Of a stretch of DNA of 64,000 nt, positions 46,819-55,759 are shown one piece after another. This stretch comes from Caldicoprobacterales bacterium (GTDB lineage: Bacteria; Bacillota; Clostridia; Caldicoprobacterales; UBA3941). Numbering within the stretch: the first letter of the stretch is position 1; each line of letters starts with the position of its first letter. The stretch covers positions 140,665 through 204,664 of the forward strand of contig JBMNFJ010000016.1 of the NCBI GenBank assembly GCA_050949255.1, given 5' to 3'. Both the position numbers and the translations under genes were made by a program. The notes under the pieces were generated by a model. The model saw only the letters and a program-made list of their open reading frames with translations. It made no database searches and was not told the origin of the DNA.

Positions 46819-47026
46819 ATCAACAGGCTTTCGCGGCATAAACGCTTATGTTTTTCAAGGTGCATATAATGTAGAATTAGTAGTCAGGTCAGGATTAGTA
46901 ATAATGAAGGGTAGAATACTCCCAAAACGGCACTTGTATTATATGGTAATAATCGTTATGATATTTATATAACTAAGGCCATAGGGTGAGGGACTCTAAC
47001 CTGTTATTAAGGGGGTAAATATCTTT

Positions 47027-47914
47027 ATGAGTATTAAGACTAAGGGCAGACTTAACGATATTACTACCGGTAATCCAGAATCATGGGGTTTGGGTATATC
47101 ATCTTCATTATTTTCTACCCTTGATGAGACTGTTTTTTTACAGTGTATGGAGGCTGGAATAGAGAATATGGAAGTATGCCTCCTGGGGGATTGGGTACGC
47201 AACCCTGACAATGAGGTATCCCGGGTTTGCGCCGAAATAAAGGATAAAGCGGATAAGGCAGGTATGAATGTATGGTCCATACATTTGCCTTTTGGATGGG
47301 ACTGGGATATATCTGAACCCGATATAGGTAGAAGGAAAGCAGCCATAGATGGACAAATTCGTCTACTGGAATTGGCCGCAATACTGGAACCAAAAAAAGC
47401 TGTTATCCATGGGAGTTTTGAACCCATTGGGGATAATGAGCGGGATGCCCGGATATCGGCATGTAGGGATTCCCTTAGGATTATAGGTGAAAAGGCAGCT
47501 TCAATAGGGGTAGAACTAGCCATCGAGTGCCTGCCTAGAACATGTCTGGGCAACTCCATCCAGGAGATGGAGAAATTGATACAAGGAAACGACAAGATAG
47601 GTGTCTGCTGTGATACCAATCATCTATTCAGAGAATCACCGGGAGATTTTATAAGGAAGACAGGGTCCAGGGTTGTGACGCTGCATGTTTCCGATTTTGA
47701 TGGGGTCGATGAGCGTCATTGGATGCCTGGGAAGGGTATAGTAGATTGGAATGATGTAATTGCCGCCTTGGTGGAAGTGGGCTATGAGGGTCCATTTACC
47801 TTTGAACTCTCCCACAAAAACACAGAGGAGACATACACTCCTAAAAAAATTGCTGAATGTTGGGAAGGGCTTTTGGGAGCATACAAGGCATCTAATTCCT
47901 ATTTTGCAAGGTAA
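47027..47914 (+). CDS. Sugar phosphate isomerase/epimerase (xylose-isomerase-like TIM barrel)
   Basis: 295 aa with the AP-endonuclease-2/TIM-barrel pattern (LAIECLPR, LHVSD, YEGPFTFEL). Confidence 0.75.
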   Translation: MSIKTKGRLNDITTGNPESWGLGISSSLFSTLDETVFLQCMEAGIENMEVCLLGDWVRNPDNEVSRVCAEIKDKADKAGMNVWSIHLPFGWDWDISEPDIGRRKAAIDGQIRLLELAAILEPKKAVIHGSFEPIGDNERDARISACRDSLRIIGEKAASIGVELAIECLPRTCLGNSIQEMEKLIQGNDKIGVCCDTNHLFRESPGDFIRKTGSRVVTLHVSDFDGVDERHWMPGKGIVDWNDVIAALVEVGYEGPFTFELSHKNTEETYTPKKIAECWEGLLGAYKASNSYFAR

Positions 47915-49218
47915 GCATCGTTTACCCTGTCCTGTAAGTAGATGTTTGTATAATTCCCGGAAGATATGTCCTTATAGATCTTATGCCCCCTATCAACACA
48001 TCTGGGGCAGCCATCCCTGGGTATAGTTATGGCATAGATATGATATCCTCCATCGCTTTGGGAATCTATGGTGCTAATACCGGAACATTTGTCACAAGAT
48101 ATAAAGGTTTGGGTCTGGTTTTCTAATATACCGTCGGTATCGTAGTAGACCTGCCTTTCCAAACTAATGAGATCCTTACCCTTTATATCTTCAGCCCATA
48201 GCTTTTCCCGATTTTGCCACCTGCTGTATACGAGATGGGACAGCTTTTTTATATATTCTGTGGTTCTCTTGGTCTGTTGTAGGGCCTCTTCATCATAATC
48301 CGGCTCCCTGACGTTGGAGAAATCAAGACCGGCCATAGCCAGTATTATACCAAGATTTACATAGGGCAAGGCACCTTCAATGGAATATCCGCCTTCTAAA
48401 ACTGCTATATCCGGATTTAGCCTGGAATTGAGCATGGCATAGCCCTTGGCAGAAAAATTCATATTGGTCAAAGGGTCGGTATAGTGGTTATCCTGCCCAG
48501 CAGAATTGATGATGATATCCGGCTTATATTCTTCTAGAATAGGGAGTACAACATGATCTAACACATATAATATCCCTTCGTCTCCGGTTCCGGGGGGTAA
48601 AGGGATATTTATATTGTAGCCATAGGCACTGGGACCACCGAATTCATCCAAAAAGCCGGTCCCGGGGTAGAGGGTTCTGCCGTCCTGATGAAAGGATATG
48701 AACAAGGTATTTCTGTCGTTCCAGTATATATCCTGGGTACCGTCCCCGTGGTGGCAGTCAGTGTCTATTATAGCAACCCTTAAATCCCCATAATCCTGCC
48801 TTATTCTTTCCAACATCACCGCCTCAACATTTACAACACAGAAGCCCCTATCGCCGTAGACAACCCTCTGGGCATGGTGCCCTGGGGGACGAACCATGGC
48901 AAAGGCCTTATCCACATCCCCCTTCATTACGGCATCCATGGCCTTAATTGCACCTCCCGCTGAGATGAGATGGGAATCGGTTACCCTTGAACTTACATTG
49001 GGCACACAAAAATGCACCCTTTGGATATCCTTTTCATGGGCAATAATAGGATTATAAAATTGAATCCCCTCAATGTCTGCGATTCCCTCTTCAAATAGTT
49101 GATCCCTGGTATACAATAGCCTTTCTTCCCGCTCCGGGTGAGTAGGGCTAATAGCCCAATCGAAGGCGGGGAAGAAGACGAGTCCTAAACTGTTTTTTGC
49201 TTTAATCAAGTTTATCAT
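47899..49218 (-). CDS. Histone-deacetylase-family amidohydrolase with a C-terminal 4-Cys zinc ribbon
   Basis: RPPGHHA and DTDCHHGDGTQ are HDAC/acetylpolyamine-amidohydrolase motifs. The C-terminus has CDKC...CPRC (nt about 47985-48105). Confidence 0.85.
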   Translation of the reverse strand: MINLIKAKNSLGLVFFPAFDWAISPTHPEREERLLYTRDQLFEEGIADIEGIQFYNPIIAHEKDIQRVHFCVPNVSSRVTDSHLISAGGAIKAMDAVMKGDVDKAFAMVRPPGHHAQRVVYGDRGFCVVNVEAVMLERIRQDYGDLRVAIIDTDCHHGDGTQDIYWNDRNTLFISFHQDGRTLYPGTGFLDEFGGPSAYGYNINIPLPPGTGDEGILYVLDHVVLPILEEYKPDIIINSAGQDNHYTDPLTNMNFSAKGYAMLNSRLNPDIAVLEGGYSIEGALPYVNLGIILAMAGLDFSNVREPDYDEEALQQTKRTTEYIKKLSHLVYSRWQNREKLWAEDIKGKDLISLERQVYYDTDGILENQTQTFISCDKCSGISTIDSQSDGGYHIYAITIPRDGCPRCVDRGHKIYKDISSGNYTNIYLQDRVNDAYLAK

Positions 49219-49246
49219 CCTCTATTATTAATTAGATTCTTCAGAC

Positions 49247-50908
49247 TTAAACTCTGAGATCACCTATAAGGCCTGGCTTTATTTGAGCTTTTACGCGGAT
49301 GTTTTTTCCTGTGGTATAAAATCCATCCACCATATTAAAGATACTTTCCTCAATAATTTCCGTTTCTATCTCATCTTCCTTGGCTCCTTGGTCAATAGCA
49401 CTGTACCTCAGGAGCTGGACAGCCCGTTTTCGGGCATCTTCTATGGTAAAATCCCTGCCTACCCTCTCCCGAATCCCATATTCTCCGGCGGTTAATATAC
49501 GCCTTTGGGTGTCTGCAACCAGGGTTATATCCTGAGTTAATTTTGCCATGGCTGCACCTATGGCGTTGGCTATAGCGTAATCTCTGGGATAATAGCAGGG
49601 TAGATTGAACTTCTTTTCCAGTATGGGGCTTAGGCATTTGGCGGGACCGCCGATAAGGTTTATGCGTTGGGGCTTTAGCCTTCTGCTGTGCAATAACTCA
49701 TGGATTGTGTAGACGGGTTTTGAATTGATTTCAGCCAAGAGCTGGTCTACCTTGGATTTAATCATAGACCCCAGTGTATCAAGGACATTCCTGGCAGTCT
49801 CCTCCATGGATAACTCTAAGACCCTGGCCAAGGACTCCATGGCTGCTATTGCCTTTTTTCTATCGCCAAACTCCGCCAAACCGAGGGCGATCATGGCATC
49901 GGTGGGTGTAGGCATCGGGCCGCCTAAGGCGTAAGGGGGTCCTTCCCGTCTCGGACCTATCCTAATACCTTGATTTTCCACACGCACACTGCTATCCCCC
50001 CCCAGTCCCATGGATGTACTGTAAATGGCTCTGGTCAGCGTTTTATAGGAATGAATCTCTATACCCAAGGGTTCGAATAATGGGACCCCGTCCACCAGAA
50101 AAAAGATGTCCGTAGTTGTGCCCCCAATGTCCAGAAGCAGCGCATCCTCATGAGTTTTAAGCAGGGCATTAAGGCCCATAAAGCTGGCTGCAGGACCCGA
50201 GAGTATTGTTTCGATGGGTTTATTTTCTGCCTGAGCTAGACTGGTGGTACCTCCATCAGCTTTTAGTATAAATAATGGGGTATTCATACCCCTATCCATC
50301 ATGGCCTTTTTGATGCTATGAGAAAATTGGTTAAAGGTGTTATGGATGGCGGCATTTAGATAGGCACTAAAGACCCTGCGTGGGAAATTGAGCACGCCGG
50401 ATAGGGTATGGCCCATGGTTATATGATCAAACTCATTTCCTAAAAGTCTTTTAATTTCAACCTCGTGATCAAAATTTCTGGTACTAAACTTGGTCACCAC
50501 CGCACAGGTCTTAAGTCCATTTTTAATAAACAACTCCCTGGTACTATTGATCTCCTCAAGGTCTAATTCCTCAACGACCTTGCCCCTATGGTCTATGTAA
50601 CCGGAAATAAAGACGTTTTCATCACCACAGGCTAAAAAATCGTGGGGAAGTCCCGGTCCACTCTGGATGATCATACCTACAGGGGTTGTCTTACCCTCAA
50701 CAATTGCATTGGTGGATACGGTAGTGCTTAGGTTAATCCTTTTTATCTTGGATGTATCCTGATTGGATAAAAGCTCCTCGAGTGCTTCCCAGATGGATAC
50801 AAATATATCTTTGCCATCTCTGGGTTTTTTAATGGTGTTTATAATATTTCCGTTTTCAATTATGACCCCGTCTATATGGGTTCCACCCATATCCAGGCCT
50901 ACAATCAA
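49247..50908 (-). CDS. Hydantoinase/oxoprolinase-family (ASKHA-fold) protein
   Basis: MIVGLDMGGTHIDGV and LLDIGGTTTDI are actin-like ATPase phosphate motifs typical of the hydantoinase_A family. Confidence 0.8.
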   Translation of the reverse strand: MIVGLDMGGTHIDGVIIENGNIINTIKKPRDGKDIFVSIWEALEELLSNQDTSKIKRINLSTTVSTNAIVEGKTTPVGMIIQSGPGLPHDFLACGDENVFISGYIDHRGKVVEELDLEEINSTRELFIKNGLKTCAVVTKFSTRNFDHEVEIKRLLGNEFDHITMGHTLSGVLNFPRRVFSAYLNAAIHNTFNQFSHSIKKAMMDRGMNTPLFILKADGGTTSLAQAENKPIETILSGPAASFMGLNALLKTHEDALLLDIGGTTTDIFFLVDGVPLFEPLGIEIHSYKTLTRAIYSTSMGLGGDSSVRVENQGIRIGPRREGPPYALGGPMPTPTDAMIALGLAEFGDRKKAIAAMESLARVLELSMEETARNVLDTLGSMIKSKVDQLLAEINSKPVYTIHELLHSRRLKPQRINLIGGPAKCLSPILEKKFNLPCYYPRDYAIANAIGAAMAKLTQDITLVADTQRRILTAGEYGIRERVGRDFTIEDARKRAVQLLRYSAIDQGAKEDEIETEIIEESIFNMVDGFYTTGKNIRVKAQIKPGLIGDLRV

Positions 50909-51136
50909 GTTTTTACCTCCTCATTAAAAGCTTTCGCAGTATTACTATTATATACCATAGAGACAAGGAAAATCAATTTACATAGTTTGGTTCTATGATG
51001 TATAATGATGGCTGTATGTGTTACGATAAAATCCAATGGAAAGTAATCAGTAAACCGTGTTTCCTTGTTAATGCAGTATTTTATATGTAACTTATTTGGC
51101 AAAGGAAGAAAAAAATACGGAGGAAGGAGAATAATC

Positions 51137-51748
51137 ATGGAGATACTATTTAAAATTCATCCCCTGTTGCTTACTTTGATTCTGGCTTTAGGGATTGGGA
51201 TAGTAGCGGGATGTGCTCAAAAGGATGTAAAATATCCGACGGTAACCATGGAAATAAAGGGTAAGGGGGATATAGTAATTGAACTATATCCGGAAAAAGC
51301 ACCTGAGACGGTGGCCAATTTTGTATCCCTGGTGGAAGACGGATTTTATGATGGTCTTACCTTTCATCGCATCATACCGGGTTTTATGATACAAGGAGGC
51401 GATCCTGAAGGAACGGGAATGGGCGGTCCGGGATATAGCATCAAGGGAGAATTTGCGGACAACGGATTTGAGGATAATGATCTTAAACACAAAAGGGGAA
51501 TCATATCCATGGCCAGATCCAAGCATCCAGATTCTGCAGGGAGCCAATTTTTTATCATGCATGATGATGCCCCGCATCTGGATGGAGGCTATGCGGCCTT
51601 TGGTAAGGTTATCAAGGGTATGGACGTAGTGGATGCTATAGCCGAAACCCCAACGAACATAATGGATTATCCCAAAGAACCACAAGTTATTGAAAAGGCT
51701 ACAGTAAAGCTTCCTCCAGACTATAATGAGGAAGAAGATAAAGAGTAG
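51137..51748 (+). CDS. Cyclophilin-type peptidyl-prolyl isomerase lipoprotein
   Basis: RBS GGAAGGAG. Lipobox IVAG-C. The cyclophilin core is [15 protein letters not shown]. Confidence 0.9.
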   Translation: MEILFKIHPLLLTLILALGIGIVAGCAQKDVKYPTVTMEIKGKGDIVIELYPEKAPETVANFVSLVEDGFYDGLTFHRIIPGFMIQGGDPEGTGMGGPGYSIKGEFADNGFEDNDLKHKRGIISMARSKHPDSAGSQFFIMHDDAPHLDGGYAAFGKVIKGMDVVDAIAETPTNIMDYPKEPQVIEKATVKLPPDYNEEEDKE

Positions 51749-51848
51749 AAGCCTTGTAATGTTGATTCCACAGACTCAGATAGTACATAGAATTGTCGAG
51801 AAATAGGGTTTATTTGGGAAATAGGATGTATATCGTAGAGCACAATGT

Positions 51849-51890
51849 GGGCGCTAAACGGATAAAAAAGTTTAGCGCCCTATGTGTTTT
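51849..51890 (+). terminator. Intrinsic terminator after the PPIase gene (overlaps the 3' end of the convergent TraX gene)
   Basis: GGGCGCTAAAC (51849-51859) pairs with GTTTAGCGCCC (51870-51880), followed by TATGTGTTTT. Confidence 0.7.
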
Positions 51891-52639
51891 ATAAGGCCCA
51901 AAATCAGGAGATGAAGGGGATAGAATATATAGAATATCCATTTGACCCAGGTCTGTTCTTTTCTATAGCCCAGTTTTCCGTTGTAGAGATAGATTAGGGG
52001 TACCGCAAGATATACCCCAAGCTGAAACAGCTGACCCCACCAGATACCTTGGGAAAAGAAGATTATGCCAAAGGCAGCGGGCAGAATGGATATGAGGCTA
52101 AATCCCAGTAGTTGCCTTCTTATATCCCCATGATATACTCCAAAAACCCATATCCATAGAATGGCAAAAAATGACCAGTCGCCTGGAGTGGAGGCTATGA
52201 TAATTAAAACCACTAAAAAGTGTTTTACATAATCCTTAATCTGCCTGTTGTTCCAGATCATAAGGAGTATAAGGCCCAGGAAAAGGGTATAAATAACGCT
52301 GGTTCCAGGCATTATCTTCAGACCATTTTCATAATAGATGGGTAACCGGCCTGTTTCAAAATAGATATAGGGTGCATGGGAGATAAGGGCAAAAAGGGCC
52401 AGGCGCAGGGCATATTTTTTTACATTCCTAGTATGGTGATATCCCTCAGCGATAAGAAAACACATAATAGGTGCTGTAAGCCTCCCTATTATATGCATCA
52501 GCTGGCCCAATAGGCTACGACTGGGTACAAATGCCCATGCTATATGATCTGTCAGCATAGCTGTTATTGCAATAATCTTTAAAGTATTACTAGACATCTT
52601 TTCACTAAATCTTGCATATGAAGTATGGTAGGGGGTCAT
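51872..52639 (-). CDS. TraX-family membrane protein
   Basis: LKIIAITAMLTDHIAW is the TraX signature. The protein is polytopic. The true start may be the internal Met (MSSNTLK). Confidence 0.7.
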   Translation of the reverse strand: MTPYHTSYARFSEKMSSNTLKIIAITAMLTDHIAWAFVPSRSLLGQLMHIIGRLTAPIMCFLIAEGYHHTRNVKKYALRLALFALISHAPYIYFETGRLPIYYENGLKIMPGTSVIYTLFLGLILLMIWNNRQIKDYVKHFLVVLIIIASTPGDWSFFAILWIWVFGVYHGDIRRQLLGFSLISILPAAFGIIFFSQGIWWGQLFQLGVYLAVPLIYLYNGKLGYRKEQTWVKWIFYIFYPLHLLILGLIKHIGR

Positions 52640-52845
52640 AATCTTCGTCTCCTAAGTGTCATAAACTTTAATCGGGAATAATAAATGGTGGATATCCCAA
52701 AGGTTTGGCCCTGAGATCCTCTATTATTTAGCCTATGGTGCTGAAATATTTTATAATATTATAGGCCTTGTCCATGATGATTACAAGGAAAATATTCTAA
52801 CCAGGACCGATGTGTTTAGAATTTATAAAATAGTTAGACAAATCA

Positions 52846-52886
52846 GTCAATACATATTGACACTAAAAAGTCCAGGAAGATATAAT
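52846..52886 (+). promoter_or_regulatory. Promoter with a palindrome overlapping the -35
   Basis: TTGACA (52857-52862), an 18-nt spacer, then TATAAT (52881-52886). The palindrome GTCAAT-ACAT-ATTGAC spans 52846-52861. Confidence 0.5.
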
Positions 52887-52971
52887 AATAATGAATATAG
52901 CAATTCTGATTTGCGGTCATTAATATCACTTCGTTAAATTCCAATCCACAATGAAAGGAGGGGCAGTTTGA

Positions 52972-53427
52972 ATGAGATCCCTCGGAGATTTGATCAGGAT
53001 CCGTGATGAGATTAGAAGAAAGAAAGAGGGACACGAAAGAGAAGGGAAAATTAGGATTGTTGTCGGTATGGGAAGTTGTGGGATTGCGGCAGGGGCCAGG
53101 AAAACAATGAAGAAATTTGTAGAAGATGCGGGAAATAGACATCTTGATGTAGAAGTGACCCAGGCAGGTTGTATTGGCCTCTGCGAGTTAGAACCTATTG
53201 TAGAAGTGATACTCCCGGGTCAACCTTCAGTGATCTATGGGCAGGTATTAGAGGAAAGAGCTAAGGCTATAGTTTATAGGCATTTGGTTAATGGGTCTAT
53301 TATTGATGATTGGGTTATAGGACAGCGGCAAATAGAATGGGATAGGGATAAACCCGGTGGGAATTTTGGGCGGGAAATCATCCCGCCGAGCACAAAAACA
53401 CTACACAACAGAAGAACAATATGGTAA
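52972..53427 (+). CDS. Thioredoxin-like [2Fe-2S] ferredoxin-fold protein (HndB/NuoE-like)
   Basis: RIVVGMGSCGIAAGA...AGCIGLCELEPIVEV resembles the TRX-like ferredoxin family. I see only three Cys in the expected cluster region. Confidence 0.55.
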   Translation: MRSLGDLIRIRDEIRRKKEGHEREGKIRIVVGMGSCGIAAGARKTMKKFVEDAGNRHLDVEVTQAGCIGLCELEPIVEVILPGQPSVIYGQVLEERAKAIVYRHLVNGSIIDDWVIGQRQIEWDRDKPGGNFGREIIPPSTKTLHNRRTIW

Positions 53428-53502
53428 CTCATGAGTTTTCAACAAATACCCAGTGGAATTAAAAGCTGTGAGATATTTTAGATAAGCCAGTCCAATAAAG
53501 AA

Positions 53503-53536
53503 CACCCCTGTCATAATAAACAGGGGCGTTTTGTTA
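53503..53536. terminator. Bidirectional terminator (ferredoxin-like gene / ytfJ operon)
   Basis: CCCCTGT (53505-53511) pairs with ACAGGGG (53520-53526), followed by CGTTTTGTT. The opposite strand has TTCTTTATT. Confidence 0.7.
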
Positions 53537-53542
53537 ATTGTG

Positions 53543-53926
53543 TTATTCTTTATCGTTGCTCATATCCTTTTCCGGCATCTCGGATTTTATCCTTTGAACC
53601 AGATCAGGGACCATTTCAAGGAGCTTTTCAAGTCCTGAGCTCTTCTTTATAGGGAGTACTTCAACATTGTTATCCTTCATAACGATGATTGCAGCAGGGG
53701 AGGCCTTGGCACCGACTCCGGCCCCACCACCTATTCCACCGTTCCCCTTATTATCGCTGCCATCACCACTGCCAGAACCTAGCCCGAATGAAACATCCAC
53801 TACAGGGATTAAGGTAGTATCACCTATTTGTATATGTTCACCGAATATAGTCTTACTCTTAATGAAGTCCTCCAAATTTTTAAATAACAGGTCAATATTC
53901 TCTCCAATAATCTTATTGACTGACAT
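53543..53926 (-). CDS. GerW/YtfJ-family sporulation protein
   Basis: GEHIQIGDTTLIPVVDVSFGLGSGSGDG is the YtfJ signature. SD AAGGAAG lies 7 nt upstream of ATG 53926, the third Met of the track ORF. Confidence 0.8.
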   Translation of the reverse strand: MSVNKIIGENIDLLFKNLEDFIKSKTIFGEHIQIGDTTLIPVVDVSFGLGSGSGDGSDNKGNGGIGGGAGVGAKASPAAIIVMKDNNVEVLPIKKSSGLEKLLEMVPDLVQRIKSEMPEKDMSNDKE

Positions 53927-53945
53927 GATCATACTTCCTTTCATC

Positions 53946-54614
53946 TTATTTATTTACTGAATAGGGATAGATTTTATTAACCATTCCCCTAAAAAACAAT
54001 TTTAACTCCTTCTTGAACCTGGGTAGAACAATTACTCTAATGGATAGATAGAACAAGTATCCGGGAACGATGTATCCTTCTAATATAAAGTTACCTTCCA
54101 TTATCTCTCCGTCAAACACCGGGACTAAATCTATTTTATATTTATTTACCTGGGGAATAATGGAATTAACCAGGGCACATGCGATTCCCGTATGATAGGG
54201 GTCGATAAAGCCGTACCTGCCTTTGATCTCAAGCCGCCGAGGTCTTATATGTTTTAGGGTTTCTGTGAATAGATCAGCTATTTGCATTAAGAGTTCCTTG
54301 CTGACCTTTGGTCTTTTTTTATAGGTTTTTATGCTTTTGACATCCTTTTTTGTTTTCTCCTCATGGGGGTGTTTTTTCTTGTCCATAATTCTTATAGGAA
54401 TGCCAAGGAACTTTAGATTTAATTCATTAGTCGTCATATCACGCATTCTAAACACCAGGTGTATCCATTTTAGCGGGCCAAAAACCTCAGCCTCTAGAAT
54501 TAAAACATCTTCCTTTGTACCCGAAAAACCATAATATACGGGCATTACAAGCATGAGCATGAGAATGGATATAAGTAAGAGCATTAGATAGATTAGAATC
54601 TGGAAAACCATCAT
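53946..54614 (-). CDS. DUF2953 (YtfI-like) membrane protein
   Basis: N-terminal TM segment. It sits immediately upstream of the ytfJ homologue, as in the Bacillus ytfI-ytfJ pair. The ATGA start/stop overlaps the upstream gene. Confidence 0.6.
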   Translation of the reverse strand: MMVFQILIYLMLLLISILMLMLVMPVYYGFSGTKEDVLILEAEVFGPLKWIHLVFRMRDMTTNELNLKFLGIPIRIMDKKKHPHEEKTKKDVKSIKTYKKRPKVSKELLMQIADLFTETLKHIRPRRLEIKGRYGFIDPYHTGIACALVNSIIPQVNKYKIDLVPVFDGEIMEGNFILEGYIVPGYLFYLSIRVIVLPRFKKELKLFFRGMVNKIYPYSVNK

Positions 54615-55045
54615 ATCTTTGACCTGCCTGTCGCGAATTTTATTCCCCTGACTATAGCGATATTAAACGCCTTGTAGAAAATCTTTGGAGCCTTCTTGAT
54701 GCTCTTTCCTATATATTTGGTACCGGGAACATATTCTAAAAACTTGGTCGAACCCTTGGCAGCTGTTTTTTGAATGCGGATTAATTCACCCAGGCTGTAG
54801 GTATCATCATTCTCAAGTCCAGGGATGCTGTTCAATACCTGATTTCTTATAAGGGAAAGTCCGTTGGGTATATCGACGGATTCATTTATGACATCAATCT
54901 CATTAAAAATCAAAGCCATTTGACTATATTCCCTACTGCATGATTCGCATACTTTTAAATGCTCGGTAAGAAGCATATCTTCAACATGTCCTAGGGAACC
55001 TTCCAACTTTTCCTGCAGGATATCCTTATCGAGACTACAAAGCAT
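54611..55045 (-). CDS. Anti-sigma factor (zf-HC2 type)
   Basis: HLKVCESC is the H-x3-C-x2-C motif. SD GGGAGG lies 7 nt upstream of ATG 55045. The track start 55066 would overlap the sigma gene. Confidence 0.7.
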   Translation of the reverse strand: MLCSLDKDILQEKLEGSLGHVEDMLLTEHLKVCESCSREYSQMALIFNEIDVINESVDIPNGLSLIRNQVLNSIPGLENDDTYSLGELIRIQKTAAKGSTKFLEYVPGTKYIGKSIKKAPKIFYKAFNIAIVRGIKFATGRSKI

Positions 55046-55046
55046 T

Positions 55047-55631
55047 TTATTCCTCCCAGACTCCATGGGCTATTAACTCCCCTCTCAATATTTTTCGACC
55101 CCGAAAGAGTAGGGTCTTTACTGTACCCAATGGAATTGACATAGCTTCGGCTATTTCACTGTAGCTCATACTCTCCACATGCCTTAGAATTATTGCCATC
55201 TTCATATCCTTGGGCAGGCCTATGATGGCGGTTTTTAGTATGTTTCTGGTATTTCTTGATAATACTTCATCAACTACACTGGTGTAGGATGGTATGACAT
55301 CTTCCAAGGTATTTTTATCATCATCAATTTGCATGTTTAGAGATAGAGCATTATCCCTTCTTCGGGTTACAAAGTTAAGGCAGGTATTGACTGTTATTTT
55401 TCGAATCCATGGGAGCAGGCTTCGTCCTTCCTTAAACCTGGGCATTCCCTGATATATTTTTAGATATACGTCCTGTAATAGGTCCAGGGAATCTTCCTTG
55501 GAATGGGTATACTTGAAGCAAAGGGAATAAATATAGGTTTCGTATTTTTCATACAACAGATTATAGCCTTCCCTCTTATTACTTTTACAAAGCTTTATGA
55601 TCTTTGCCTCATCAGCCCCCAAACACACCAC
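55047..55631 (-). CDS. ECF-type sigma-70 family RNA polymerase sigma factor
   Basis: Region 2 is DSLDLLQDVYLKIY..F...SLLPWIRKITVNTCLNF. Region 4 is MSYSEIAEAMSIPLGTVKTLLFRGRKIL. The exact start (GTG or TTG near 55620-55631) is uncertain. Confidence 0.85.
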   Translation of the reverse strand: MVCLGADEAKIIKLCKSNKREGYNLLYEKYETYIYSLCFKYTHSKEDSLDLLQDVYLKIYQGMPRFKEGRSLLPWIRKITVNTCLNFVTRRRDNALSLNMQIDDDKNTLEDVIPSYTSVVDEVLSRNTRNILKTAIIGLPKDMKMAIILRHVESMSYSEIAEAMSIPLGTVKTLLFRGRKILRGELIAHGVWEE

Positions 55632-55759
55632 CCCTTGCCGGCCCTATAATAATAAGTACACGGAAAACCATAAAAAGTTTCAAAAATTTAAAAGAATTAT
55701 AAGTTATAATATCTTTAATGACCTTGAAAAACAAGGCTAATGGAAAGGTAGGAGATTGT

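Noticed and set aside
46996-47619. A 207-aa minus-strand ORF overlapping the 47027-47914 TIM-barrel gene.
   Set aside because: The plus-strand frame has clear TIM-barrel enzyme motifs and an RBS. The antisense product is Ser/Pro/Ile-rich with no recognisable features, so it is a shadow ORF.
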